64,000 nucleotides of DNA from an uncultured Nitrososphaerota archaeon (lineage in GTDB: Archaea > Korarchaeota > Korarchaeia > Korarchaeales > Korarchaeaceae), in NCBI GenBank assembly GCA_964594835.1, contig CAZQNA010000001.1:160001-224000 (forward strand), in the 5' to 3' direction. This document shows, piece after piece, positions 17,174-27,006 of this stretch (within the stretch, counting starts at the first letter, position 1; the number at the start of each line of letters is the position of its first letter). The notes below the pieces were generated by a model, which was not told where the DNA came from, did not search any database, and saw only the letters and a program-made list of their open reading frames with translations. A program made the position numbers and the translations under genes.

Positions 17174-18679
17174 ATGGGCGATAGACCGCCTAGAGCGATC
17201 ATCGTGACGCCGACTGAGGAGTGGATCGAGGGTTTAGTTTCGGAGTTCTTCGACTCCATCGCCCTGTCCCCCTCAGACCTGCTTGGAGACCTGAGGAGGT
17301 ACCTCTCGGGTACCACCATCCTGATAGTGAGTTCCTCTGGGGAGCCCGACCTGGAGGAGCTGAGGCGCAGGATGGCGAGTTCGGATGTCAACCCGCTGAG
17401 CCTCATCCCACTCTCGCTCTCTCACCTGGCCGGAGAGGGGAGAGAGGAGGCCGCGAGGGCTGCGCTGAGCTACGCCCTCAGCTGGGCTCGGGAGGCCCCG
17501 AGGCTCACCCGTCACGTGAAGAGGGTGGTGAGGCCCCCTCCGAGGAGGATCTCAAGGAGGGAGCTCCTTCGCCTCCCGAGAACGGTCTGGGCCTATCCCG
17601 AGGCCCCCAAGCTTGTCGGCAGCTGCGCCGGCCCACTCGCGTCCAGCTGCAGGAGGTGCGAGGAGGCCTGCCCCCACGAAGCCCTCACGGTGACGGACGC
17701 GGGCCCGGCCATATCCGAGGTCTCCTGCCTGGACTGCGGCCTCTGTGCGGCCGTGTGCCCCACCGGAGCCCTTCAGATCCCAACCTTCACAGACTGGCAG
17801 GCGTCCCACCTACAGCTCCTCTCGCCGGAGGGGGAGAGGACCCTGCCCTGGATCGCCCTATTCACCTGCGACGCCGGACTGTCTGAGCTGGCGAGGTTGA
17901 GGGTGGAGTCGACTCACATCCTCCCGATCAGGGTCCCATGCGTAGGCGCAGCTGGGTGGTTCGCGATCCTGAGGGCCGCTGAGTCTGGCGTAGATGCCGT
18001 GGCCCTGTACTGCCCTCAGCCGGACTGCGAGAGGAGGGGGGCCCTCGACGGGATCTCCAGGGAGGGCTCCAAGCTGGCTCTACTGCTCAGACAGGCCGGA
18101 GTTGAGCTCTTTTTCCTGGAGGGCGGCCCTCAGTCCATCCTTAGGGCAGCAGACGCCGTCAAAGTCCGGGAGGGCGGGGCGAGGGTCAACCCCAGCGAGC
18201 TCACGCTACAGAGGAGGAGGGACCTCGTGGCGATGGCCCTCAACCTGTGCACCAGCCCGGTGACCGTCGAGGGGTTGATCTACGGGATCGACGTCGACGA
18301 GAGATGCACGCTCTGCGGCGTGTGCGCGGAGAAGTGTCCCCTGGGCTCGCTCCGCATGGAGGAATCGGGGGATCAGGTGAGCCTGACGTTCAGGCCGGAC
18401 CTCTGCATAGGCTGTGGTCGCTGCCTGGAGGTGTGCCCGGAGTCCGCCATGACGCTCCGACCGGCGGAGCTCGACCCCGGGGAGGACCCGTCCGCGCCCC
18501 GCGTCCTCCGCTCGGACGAGATCGCCAGGTGCGCAGAGTGCGGGGCCCCAATCGGACCCAAGAGTCTGGTGATGGCCGTGTACTCCAGGCTCAGGGACCA
18601 GGGTATGGAGAAGGCTGCGGAGGCGGTCCTCCTCTGCCAGCGGTGCAGGGCCAGGAAAATGCTCGAGGGGCTGGCGTGA
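17174..18679 (+). CDS. Polyferredoxin with MvhD-like internal domain (SreD-like accessory)
   Basis: Four CxxCxxxCP-type motifs, IRVPCVG motif and C-terminal CAECG...CQRC. ATG 17174. Confidence 0.8.
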   Translation: MGDRPPRAIIVTPTEEWIEGLVSEFFDSIALSPSDLLGDLRRYLSGTTILIVSSSGEPDLEELRRRMASSDVNPLSLIPLSLSHLAGEGREEAARAALSYALSWAREAPRLTRHVKRVVRPPPRRISRRELLRLPRTVWAYPEAPKLVGSCAGPLASSCRRCEEACPHEALTVTDAGPAISEVSCLDCGLCAAVCPTGALQIPTFTDWQASHLQLLSPEGERTLPWIALFTCDAGLSELARLRVESTHILPIRVPCVGAAGWFAILRAAESGVDAVALYCPQPDCERRGALDGISREGSKLALLLRQAGVELFFLEGGPQSILRAADAVKVREGGARVNPSELTLQRRRDLVAMALNLCTSPVTVEGLIYGIDVDERCTLCGVCAEKCPLGSLRMEESGDQVSLTFRPDLCIGCGRCLEVCPESAMTLRPAELDPGEDPSAPRVLRSDEIARCAECGAPIGPKSLVMAVYSRLRDQGMEKAAEAVLLCQRCRARKMLEGLA

Positions 18680-18697
18680 TGGCCGGGTGATGGGCCC

Positions 18698-19339
18698 TTG
18701 GGAGAGGCGGGACTGTCCGGCGTGGTCCTGGCGGGAGGGAGGTCTAGGAGGATGAACGGCGTCTACAAGCCCCTAGTCGAGGTCGGGGGGCGGCCGATGA
18801 TCTCCTACTCTCTGGAGGCCCTCCGTCCCTCGGTGGACGAGCTCTTGGTGGTCGTCAGGGGGAGCGACAGGGCGGCAGAGCTGTCGAGGGCGGTCGTTCC
18901 GAGTGTGAGAGTGGTCGAGGAGCCCGACTCCGCCCCCCGGGCACCGCTCACCGGCCTCGTCTGGGGAGCACGATCGGCGAGGGGCTCCGCGATACTCGTC
19001 GCCCCTGCGGACACCCCCTTCCTCCCCCCAGAAGTCTACGAGAGGCTGGCGTCTGAGCTGGCCGCCGACGTGGACGCGGCGGTCCCAGTGTGGCCCAACG
19101 GGTACATAGAGCCCCTGGTGGCGGCCTACAGAAGGAGGCCGCTGATAGAGGCGGCCGGGGAGGTGGCCGCGGGCGGCGAACTGAGGATCTCCTCGGTCCT
19201 GTCGAGGATGAGGGTCAGGCTGGTCCCGGTGGAGGCTCTCTCGGATGACCCCCGAGTCACCTTCCTGAACGTGAACACATTCGAGGACCTGAGCCTGGCC
19301 CGGAGGATCCTGGTCCGCCTAAGGGCCCGGCGAACCTAG
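18698..19339 (+). CDS. mobA: Molybdenum cofactor guanylyltransferase
   Basis: VVLAGGRSRRM..K, DTPF, EPL and FLNVNT motifs. Confidence 0.92.
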   Translation: MGEAGLSGVVLAGGRSRRMNGVYKPLVEVGGRPMISYSLEALRPSVDELLVVVRGSDRAAELSRAVVPSVRVVEEPDSAPRAPLTGLVWGARSARGSAILVAPADTPFLPPEVYERLASELAADVDAAVPVWPNGYIEPLVAAYRRRPLIEAAGEVAAGGELRISSVLSRMRVRLVPVEALSDDPRVTFLNVNTFEDLSLARRILVRLRARRT

Positions 19340-19353
19340 CCTAGCCTACCTAT

Positions 19354-20226
19354 CTACTCCCCTCCCATGCCCTCCAGTATCTCAACGAGCTTCTTGGCCA
19401 GATCCTCAAACGCCCTCGCGGTCTCAGACTCGGGGGCGCAGAGGGGGACGGGCCTTCCCTCGTCGAGGCACCTTGCGACCTCCGGATCCAGCGGGAGGCG
19501 GCCCAGAAGCCTAGTTCCCTCCTCCTCCGCTATCCTCTCACCCGCCCCGCTGCCGAAGATCTCCGTGACGGTACCGCAGTGCGGGCACCTGAAGTAGCTC
19601 ATGTTCTCTATCACCCCAAGGAGCGGGACGTTGAGCTGCTTGCAGAACTCGGCGGACTTCTCCACAGCCACCTGGGAGACGACGCTCGGTATCGTGACGA
19701 CCACGGCCCCCGTTATCTCGGGTATGTTCTGGGCTATGTTCAGCGCCTCGTCCCCGGTCCCTGGGGGGAGGTCGAACAGGAGAAAGTCCAGCTGCCCCCA
19801 GATGACGTTGCTCATCAGCTCCTGAAGGGCCTTGTTCTTCAGGGGCCCCCTCCATATAACCGGCGTCTTCTCGTCCGGCAGGAGGAAGGCCAGCGAGATC
19901 ACCTTGACGCCGGCCGCGCCCGTGATCGGGAAGATTCCCATGGGGAACGCCTGAAGCTGGGCGCCGAGGACCCCCAGCATCCTGGCCATGGCTGGCCCGT
20001 GGAAGTCGTAGTCGAACACGCCGACGGAGTAGCCCATCTTGGCCAGCGTGGCCGCGAGGTTCGCCGTGACCGTTGACTTGCCCACTCCGCCCTTCCCGCT
20101 CAGGACTATGACCTTGTACCTGACCCCGCTGAGCTTCTCCCTTATCTGCTGGTTCATCCCCACCTGGGCCGGCGGGGTCAGCGCCGGCGGAGGGGGAGCC
20201 GGCCTGCCTCCTTGACTTTCTGCCAA
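19354..20226 (-). CDS. mrp: Mrp/Nbp35/ApbC Fe-S carrier ATPase
   Basis: SGKGGVGKST, WRGP, DLPPGTGD and ENMSYFRCPHC motifs. Start re-assigned to TTG 20226 after GAGGTGA. Confidence 0.92.
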   Translation of the reverse strand: MAESQGGRPAPPPPALTPPAQVGMNQQIREKLSGVRYKVIVLSGKGGVGKSTVTANLAATLAKMGYSVGVFDYDFHGPAMARMLGVLGAQLQAFPMGIFPITGAAGVKVISLAFLLPDEKTPVIWRGPLKNKALQELMSNVIWGQLDFLLFDLPPGTGDEALNIAQNIPEITGAVVVTIPSVVSQVAVEKSAEFCKQLNVPLLGVIENMSYFRCPHCGTVTEIFGSGAGERIAEEEGTRLLGRLPLDPEVARCLDEGRPVPLCAPESETARAFEDLAKKLVEILEGMGGE

Positions 20227-20331
20227 TTCTGACTCACCTCGCGACGCCCGATACAACGACGTTAAAATCGCTTCGACCGCGGCGGGACCTCCCTCCACAT
20301 CCTTAATTAGGGCAGGCGCCAGAGACGAGGG

Positions 20332-22254
20332 ATGCTCGACCCTCGAGATCCTCTCGGCTCCCTGAAGGAGAGCATAGCCAGGGAGATTGCGGAGGCCGCC
20401 TCCAGGCTTGGGGTCGGTGTTGATCCGGGGGACGTTCCGGTTCAGAGGACTCCGAGCAGGGAGGTCGGCCACCTGGGCTCTCCAATAGGATTTAAGCTGG
20501 CTGGAAGGCTGAGTGTGAGTCCGGAGGAGGCCTCAAGGGCCCTCGTGGAGGGGCTCAACCTCGCCTCACTCCCCATCGCGGCCTCCGCCTCCCCCTCCCG
20601 GGGGTTCGTGAACTTCAGGTTCGACGAGCCGACCCTGATCCGCTCGGTGGTGGACGCCGCCTCCTCTCCCGACTTCGGCAGGGGGGAGCGGAGAGAGGGC
20701 CTGGTCATGGTCGAACACACCAGCGCCAACCCGGCGCATCCGCTCCACGTGGGCAGCGGTAGGAACGCGGTCATCGGAGACTCCTTCGCGAGGATGCTGA
20801 GACACTCCGGGTGGGAGGTGGAGACCCACTACCTCGTGAACGACTCCGGAAACCAGACGATCCTGATGTCCTACGGGTTCTCCAAGGTGCCCGGCGAGAG
20901 GCCCAGGGGCAAGGTGGACCACTGGTTCGGGGCCGTATACGCGGCGACCAACATAGCAATCGAGCTCAGGGGGGCCGAGGGGGAGGAGAGGGAGAGGCTG
21001 GAGCGGGCCCTTGAGAGGCTGAGGTCCACGCACGGGGAGATAGTCGACAGGGTGCTCAGGGCCGTCCAGGAGGACCCTGACCCCGAGGGAGGGATCAGGA
21101 ACCTCCTCTCCGCCTACCAGGCGGGGGAGACCTGGGCCAGGGAGCTGGTTAGGACGGCCGTGGAGTCCGTCATGGAGGGATTCGTCGAGACGCTTGGACG
21201 CCTCGGGATCGGGCACGACGCCTACGACTGGGAGAGCGACCTTATCTGGAACGGCTGGACCTCCGAGATGCTGGAGAGGCTGAGGTCCTCCGGGTACGTG
21301 GGGTTCGAGGAGGGCGCGGCCTACGTGGACGTGGCCAGGGCGGTGAAGGAGAGGGAGGACGTGGCCAGGGTCTTCGGACTCACCCCGGATAGGGCCAGGG
21401 AGCTTGAGGCTGAGGGGAGGCTGGAGGAGGTCATTCCCCCGAGGTTCTACCTCACCAGGTCAGACGGCACCTGGCTGTACACCGCCACCGACGTCGCGTA
21501 CTCGCTCTACAAGATCGAGGGGGTGGGCGTGAGGGTCTGCTACAACGTGATAGGCGCGGAGCAGAGGCTGGAGCAGCTCGAGGTGAGGGCGAGCGTGGCG
21601 CTCGCCGGGGAGGACCCCGACAGGATACAGCACTTCAGCTACGAGATGGTCAACCTTGTGGGCGTAGCCATGTCTGGGAGGCTGGGGATCTACGTCACGC
21701 TGGACGAACTCATGGACGAGGCCAGGAGAAAGGTCATGGAACTCCTCAGGGAGAGGGAGGGGCTCTCTCGGGAGGAGGTGGAGGAGATAGCCGAGAAGGT
21801 CGCGGTCGGGGCCATAAGATATGCCCTGGTGTCCGTGGACCCGTCGAAGCCTGTGGTCTTCTCGTGGGACAGGGTGCTCAACCTGGAGGCGAACAGCGGG
21901 CCATTCATCCAGTACGCCTACACCCGCGCCTCGGGGATACTGAGGAAGGCGGGAGGTCCTCCTGGAGAGTACCAGGCCGCGGCCCTCGGGACAGACGCCG
22001 AGTACGACCTGGTGATGCACCTGGCCGAGTTCCCGGAGGTCCTGAGGTCGGCGGTCTCTCTGAGGAGGCCGGACGTCGTCGCCCAGTACGCGGGCGATCT
22101 TGCCTCCAGGTTCAACAAGTTCTACGAGACTCACCCCGTCCTACCGACGGAGGAGCCCACCAGGTCCGCCAGGCTGGCGCTCGTCTCAGCGGTGAGGAAC
22201 ACCCTCGGCCTGGCCATGGATCTGATAGGCGTTCCAAGGCTGGAGAAGATGTGA
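20332..22254 (+). CDS. argS: Arginyl-tRNA synthetase
   Basis: EHTSANPAHPLHVGSGRN (HIGH-like), MSGRLG, QYAYTRA motifs and an EKM C-terminus. Confidence 0.95.
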   Translation: MLDPRDPLGSLKESIAREIAEAASRLGVGVDPGDVPVQRTPSREVGHLGSPIGFKLAGRLSVSPEEASRALVEGLNLASLPIAASASPSRGFVNFRFDEPTLIRSVVDAASSPDFGRGERREGLVMVEHTSANPAHPLHVGSGRNAVIGDSFARMLRHSGWEVETHYLVNDSGNQTILMSYGFSKVPGERPRGKVDHWFGAVYAATNIAIELRGAEGEERERLERALERLRSTHGEIVDRVLRAVQEDPDPEGGIRNLLSAYQAGETWARELVRTAVESVMEGFVETLGRLGIGHDAYDWESDLIWNGWTSEMLERLRSSGYVGFEEGAAYVDVARAVKEREDVARVFGLTPDRARELEAEGRLEEVIPPRFYLTRSDGTWLYTATDVAYSLYKIEGVGVRVCYNVIGAEQRLEQLEVRASVALAGEDPDRIQHFSYEMVNLVGVAMSGRLGIYVTLDELMDEARRKVMELLREREGLSREEVEEIAEKVAVGAIRYALVSVDPSKPVVFSWDRVLNLEANSGPFIQYAYTRASGILRKAGGPPGEYQAAALGTDAEYDLVMHLAEFPEVLRSAVSLRRPDVVAQYAGDLASRFNKFYETHPVLPTEEPTRSARLALVSAVRNTLGLAMDLIGVPRLEKM

Positions 22255-22279
22255 GGAGGCCCGGGCGGCCCGGCCCGGC

Positions 22280-23494
22280 TCAGAGTCCGGCGGCCGCCAT
22301 GGATATGGCCATCTCTATCTGCCGCCTCAGCGCCTCCGGTATACCCTCTATCTTGACCTCCATGAACCCCCTGACGAGCATGCTCGTGGCCTCCTCCTCC
22401 GAGAACCCCCTCGACATCAGGTAGAAGATCTGGTCCTCGCTAAGCCTTCCCACGGCGGCCTCGTGGGAGAGCTGGACGTCGCTGTGTCTGGCGTCTAGGG
22501 CCGGCAGTGTCAGTATCCGGGACCGGTCCGATAGCAGGAGGCCGTCGCACTCTATGTGCCCCCTCACCCCCGGCGCCTCAGCCGATATGAGGGACCTCGC
22601 CGTCATCTCAGCCTCATCCTTGGTGACGGCCCTGGAGACTATCTCGGAGGAGGTGTTGGGAGCCTGCAGGTAGACCGTCCCCCCGACGTCCATGACCGAC
22701 CTTCCCTTGGCCACTATGACAGACGAGAGGTGGGCCCTGGCCCCCTCGCCCACCAGCCACACCCTCGGGTCGGTCTGGAGGGTCGCGGTCGGGGTCATGT
22801 TGACGTAGTGGCTTATGAACTGGCCCCCCTCCTCCACGATCACCCCCGTCCTCGGCCTCACGTGGGTCTGCTCGTCCCAGGCGTGTATCATTGTGTATGT
22901 GAGCTTCCCGCCCCCCTTGACGTAGAACTCCGACACGCCAGCGTGAAGGCCCGCCCGCTCCATCATGGTGAGGCAGCCGGTCACTACGTGAAGCTCGGCC
23001 CCCTCCTCCACCACGACCACGTTGTGAGGCGCCTGTATCGCCCCTGGCGCGGACATGAGGAGGCAGGTCTGGACGGGGGTCTCGATCCTGGCGCCCTCCT
23101 CGGCTATCACCACGTACCCCTGCCTCCGACCGAAGAGCTCCGCGGCCGCGGTGTACTTGTCGGAGTCCACCGGCACGGCCCTCCAGAGGTAGTCGTCCAC
23201 GACCCCCTCCTCTATGGCCTGCTGGAGGTTCATGACCCTGAGCCCCGGAGCCCTCACCTCGACCTCCAGGGCCTCCTCGTCCACCTGAAGGTAGGTCCCG
23301 GCGGCCCCCCTCCCCGTCGGGTCGATCCCAACGCTTGCCAGGAGGTGGGAGCTGGCCCTCAGGACCTCCTCGTAGGAGGCTGGAGCCGGGGGGATGGAGA
23401 ACCTGGTGACGTCGACGTCGGGGCCGTACCTGGCCGGCTTGTCCAAGGCTAGCTCCGCCCTCCTCCTGAGCTCCTCCAGTCTCGCCTCATTCAA
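22280..23494 (-). CDS. sufB: SufB/SufD-family Fe-S scaffold (SmsB type)
   Basis: GHIECDGLL, LSHEAAVG and FYLMSRG motifs. TTG 23494 overlaps the sufC stop. Confidence 0.9.
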   Translation of the reverse strand: MNEARLEELRRRAELALDKPARYGPDVDVTRFSIPPAPASYEEVLRASSHLLASVGIDPTGRGAAGTYLQVDEEALEVEVRAPGLRVMNLQQAIEEGVVDDYLWRAVPVDSDKYTAAAELFGRRQGYVVIAEEGARIETPVQTCLLMSAPGAIQAPHNVVVVEEGAELHVVTGCLTMMERAGLHAGVSEFYVKGGGKLTYTMIHAWDEQTHVRPRTGVIVEEGGQFISHYVNMTPTATLQTDPRVWLVGEGARAHLSSVIVAKGRSVMDVGGTVYLQAPNTSSEIVSRAVTKDEAEMTARSLISAEAPGVRGHIECDGLLLSDRSRILTLPALDARHSDVQLSHEAAVGRLSEDQIFYLMSRGFSEEEATSMLVRGFMEVKIEGIPEALRRQIEMAISMAAAGL

Positions 23495-24246
23495 AGCCTC
23501 CTCACCCCCGTGAAGATGCAGTTGATGCACCCGTCGAACCCGTACCTCTCAATGTCCCTCAGGATGGCCTGGGCGTCTCCGTAACACTTGATGACCCCGT
23601 CGACCATGATGAAGGCCCTGGAGGCCTGGAGGTACTTTGCTATGTGCCCGGTGTGCGTCACGACGAGGGCGGACCTCCTCTCTTGGGCCCTGTCCCCGTC
23701 CTCCGATACCACGCTCATTATGGATCTCCCGAGCACGGGGAGGCTGTCCAGGTCCACCCCAGAGTCGGGCTCGTCCAGGAGGGCCACCTTGGGCCTCTGA
23801 GCGGCGAGGAGCAGAACCTCGGCACGCTTCACCTCCCCTCCGCTGAAACCGGCGTGGAGGTCCCTGTCGAGCAGGTGCGCCGCGCCCATATCCTCCGCCA
23901 TCCTCACGAGTCGCTGGTAGTCGGTCCCGCTCCTCTCCGCGAGCCTCTTGAGCAGGTCCCTGAGCCTGATCCCCCTGAGCCTTGAGGGCATCTGAAACAC
24001 GGCCCCAAGACCGAGGGACGCCCTCTCGTTCGCCGGCAGGTCGGTTATGTCCCTGCCGTCCAGCAGGATCCTGCCAGACCTGACCACATACCTCGGGTTC
24101 CCCAGGAGCGTCTGGATGAGCGAGGACTTCCCGGAGCCGTTGGGTCCCAGTAGGAGGGCCACCTCGCTGGCCCCGAGCTCGAGGTCCACCCCCTTCAGGA
24201 CCTCCCTGCCTTCCACCTCGACCCTGAGGTTCTCGACCCTTAGCAT
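23491..24246 (-). CDS. sufC: SufC-like Fe-S assembly ATPase (SmsC type)
   Basis: GPNGSGKS, FSGGEVKR, LDEPDSGVD motifs and C-terminal CINC. ATG 24246. Confidence 0.9.
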   Translation of the reverse strand: MLRVENLRVEVEGREVLKGVDLELGASEVALLLGPNGSGKSSLIQTLLGNPRYVVRSGRILLDGRDITDLPANERASLGLGAVFQMPSRLRGIRLRDLLKRLAERSGTDYQRLVRMAEDMGAAHLLDRDLHAGFSGGEVKRAEVLLLAAQRPKVALLDEPDSGVDLDSLPVLGRSIMSVVSEDGDRAQERRSALVVTHTGHIAKYLQASRAFIMVDGVIKCYGDAQAILRDIERYGFDGCINCIFTGVRRL

Positions 24247-24337
24247 CTGGGCCTCACCCGCTGTCCCGCTGATTAACTCAGCCCCGAATTTAACGGCGTT
24301 ATAAAAAGTTATGACCCCCCGACCGGAGGGAGGGGGA

Positions 24338-25174
24338 GTGCGAGAACTCAGGCTGGGGAGGAGGGCCTTCATCCTGGGTGCCCTGGGGGCCGCGGCCGCG
24401 GCCACGGTCTCCTACGCGAGGTTCTCCGAGCTGAACGACGTCACGGTCGAGAGGCTCGAGGTGAGACTGGGCTCGTCTGGGGCCTCGCTGAGGATCGCTC
24501 ACCTCTCGGACCTGCACCTCCACGGCGTTGGGCCGAAGGAGGAGGCCGCGCTAAGGGCCGTTGAGGCCGCCTCCCCCGGCCTGATAGCGGTTACCGGGGA
24601 TCACGTGGACGCACCGGACGGGTGGGAGCCCCTCAAGGAGTTCTACTCTGAGCTGTGCGGCATCGGCCCGGTGTACGCCGTTTTGGGGAACTGGGACCAC
24701 TGGGCCGCGGGGAGGGGTGGGCCCTCTGCCAGGCAGATCGCGGGGGCGATAGAGGCGGCGGGGGGAGTCGTGCTCACGAATCGCGGGATCCGCATCGAGT
24801 CAGAGGAGGCCTCCCTGTGGCTCGCTGGCGTAGACGACCCCCACACGGGGAGGCACGATGTCAGATCCGCCCTGGCCGAGATCGAAGGGTCCAAGGAGGA
24901 GCCAGTGGTGCTGCTGGCCCACTCCCCAGAGGTAGCGCCGGACCTCACGGGGCGTGAGGGGCTCGTACTCTGCGGGCACACCCACGGGGGACAGGTCAGG
25001 TTCCCGCTGCTGGGTCCCATCCACGTCCCATCTCGGCTCGGCAGGAGGTACGTGGCCGGACTCTATCGAGTGGGAGGGGCGTGGATGTACGTCAACAGGG
25101 GCCTTGGATGGTCGTTCGCCCCGCTCAGGCTGAACTGTCCGCCGGAGGTGACGGTCATCGACGTGAGCCTGTGA
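24338..25174 (+). CDS. Tat-exported calcineurin-like metallophosphoesterase (YkuE-like)
   Basis: GRRAFIL twin-arginine signal with SDLH, TGD, GNWD and GHTHGGQ motifs. Confidence 0.88.
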   Translation: MRELRLGRRAFILGALGAAAAATVSYARFSELNDVTVERLEVRLGSSGASLRIAHLSDLHLHGVGPKEEAALRAVEAASPGLIAVTGDHVDAPDGWEPLKEFYSELCGIGPVYAVLGNWDHWAAGRGGPSARQIAGAIEAAGGVVLTNRGIRIESEEASLWLAGVDDPHTGRHDVRSALAEIEGSKEEPVVLLAHSPEVAPDLTGREGLVLCGHTHGGQVRFPLLGPIHVPSRLGRRYVAGLYRVGGAWMYVNRGLGWSFAPLRLNCPPEVTVIDVSL

Positions 25175-25180
25175 GGCCAG

Positions 25181-26227
25181 TCACCGCCGGGAGACCCTCA
25201 CGCTCCCGACGATGGGCACGGCGGATCCGCAGCCCGGGCACCTCCCGTCCCTCAGCCTTACCTCCAGGACCCTGGGCCCGAACCTCCTGATCAGGAGCTC
25301 GCCGCAGTCCGGGCAGTAGGTGCTCTCGAGTCTGTGACCGGGCACGTTTCCCACGTATGCGAACCTCACGCCCTCCTCTCTGGCAACCTCGCAGGCCAGC
25401 TCCAGCTTGCTGACGGGCGTCGGGGGCGCGCTGTGGCGGTGGGCCGGGAAGTACCTGGTGAAGTGGATGGGCGTGTCTCCGTCCCTCAGACGCGCCGCGA
25501 GCCTGGCGGCGGCCCTGAGGTCCTCCACGCGGTCGTTCACCCCGGGGATGACGAGGTAGACGAGTTCTACGTGGACCCCCATCTCGACGGCCAGATCGGC
25601 GTTCCTCCACGGGACCCTCCAGTCCGCCCCTGGCGCGTAGACGGCGTAGGCCCGCTCTCCCCCCTTGATGTCTATCTTCAGCCCGTTCAAACCGGCCTCA
25701 ACTAGGCGCTCCAGGGCCTCGGAGGTCATGTACCCGTTGGAGACGTACGTGCAGTACAGCCCCCTCTCCCTCGCGAGCCTGAACAGGTCGAGGGAGTACT
25801 CGAAGAGCATGGTGGGCTCGTTGAAGCTGACGCAAACCCCCTCATCCCCCAGGGCGAAGGCAGTCTTTACTACGTCCTCCGGGGGGACGTACCTGGGGTT
25901 CTCTGGCGGATCGACCTGGCTGAGGTGCCAGTTCTGGCACCACGGGCACCTGAAGTTGCAGCCCCAGGTCGAGATCGTGGTGGCGCTCGAGCCCGGCCAG
26001 AAGTGGTAGAAGGGCTTGATCTCGATTGGCCTGCTCTCCAGGGCGCTCAGCGCGCCGTAGACCCTCGTGTACAAGGCGCCCTCCCGATTGAGCCTGGTTT
26101 GGCAGAGCCCCACCTGGCCCGGCCGAAGGACGCACCTCCTCTCGCAGACCAAGCACCTGACCGCGCCGCCCGAGAGCCGCTCGTATAGGGGCGACTCCCT
26201 CAGGGTCGGGCGGCCGACCTCACTCAT
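25181..26227 (-). CDS. amrS: AmmeMemoRadiSam-type radical SAM enzyme (PflA family)
   Basis: CLVCERRC...GLCQTR, PIEIKPFYHFWPG, CNFRCPWCQN and YVGNVPGH..TYCPDCG motifs. Confidence 0.88.
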   Translation of the reverse strand: MSEVGRPTLRESPLYERLSGGAVRCLVCERRCVLRPGQVGLCQTRLNREGALYTRVYGALSALESRPIEIKPFYHFWPGSSATTISTWGCNFRCPWCQNWHLSQVDPPENPRYVPPEDVVKTAFALGDEGVCVSFNEPTMLFEYSLDLFRLARERGLYCTYVSNGYMTSEALERLVEAGLNGLKIDIKGGERAYAVYAPGADWRVPWRNADLAVEMGVHVELVYLVIPGVNDRVEDLRAAARLAARLRDGDTPIHFTRYFPAHRHSAPPTPVSKLELACEVAREEGVRFAYVGNVPGHRLESTYCPDCGELLIRRFGPRVLEVRLRDGRCPGCGSAVPIVGSVRVSRR

Positions 26228-26897
26228 CGCCGGTCAGGGAGATGCGGAGCTCCACCTTCTTAATGTCCCTCGGGACGCCCTTGAGGGTCCTGAGGTAGGC
26301 CAGCGCCAGCTCCCGCAGCTGGCGCTCCACGAACCTCACGAGCCCGACGGGCCTGTCGTTGACCCTCAGGACGGTGGGCTTGGGCTCCCCCGGGGGGCAG
26401 AAGACGTCCTCACCCCCGGCGGCGGCCCTGAGGTAGTCGAAGCAGGTCTCGAAGCCGCACTCCCCGCAGTTGAGCCAGGCGGGGTAGATGGGCAGGTCCG
26501 CTATGAAGGCGCCCAGCTCCCCCATGGGCACGAACCTGAGGCCTTCGACGTCTATCTTCCTCCTCGAGGTGACAGCCACCGTCAGCTCGTCGGCCAGCCC
26601 CCAGGCCTCGCCCTCTCCCTCGACGGCGAGTATCCTGAGGGCCAGCGGCGAGGTGAGCCCCACGAGGATCGCGTGGTCGCAGGCCTCGGATCCCGCGATC
26701 AGGGTGAGCGGGTCGACCTCCGCCGCCCTGTGCTCGAGCACCGCCCCGCGCTGCAGGACCATCCTCTTCACGACGCCCCTCGGCAGAGGCTCGAGATCCC
26801 CGCCCTCCACCAGGCACGTGGAGCCCAGCTGGGCCGCGGCCTCGAGGGCGGCCTCCTCGGCCAGGGACCCGACGATCGAGACCACTCTGGTGGGCAT
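26220..26897 (-). CDS. MobB-like protein with C-terminal FeS (CxxCxxxxC...C) domain and degenerate P-loop
   Basis: LNCGECGFETC...C and VNDRPVGLVRFV..LRELALAYLRTLKGVP resemble the archaeal MobB C-terminus. No GxxxxGKT motif. Confidence 0.65.
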   Translation of the reverse strand: MPTRVVSIVGSLAEEAALEAAAQLGSTCLVEGGDLEPLPRGVVKRMVLQRGAVLEHRAAEVDPLTLIAGSEACDHAILVGLTSPLALRILAVEGEGEAWGLADELTVAVTSRRKIDVEGLRFVPMGELGAFIADLPIYPAWLNCGECGFETCFDYLRAAAGGEDVFCPPGEPKPTVLRVNDRPVGLVRFVERQLRELALAYLRTLKGVPRDIKKVELRISLTGDE

Positions 26898-27006
26898 CTC
26901 CCCGGCCTGCAGGGTGTCGGTAATTATGGTTCGGGAGTGGGGCTTCACCACCCGGCCTCTCGTTAACGTTTATCCCATGTCCCCGACCGCAGCCAGGGGT
27001 GCCCGA

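Noticed and set aside
26488-27006. Long N-terminal extensions in the ORF track for glyA, nfi (38335), adk (45867), mrp (20472), sufC (24405) and ssb (4912)
   Set aside because: The extensions overlap other genes and lack homology-like sequence. Better starts with an RBS exist downstream.
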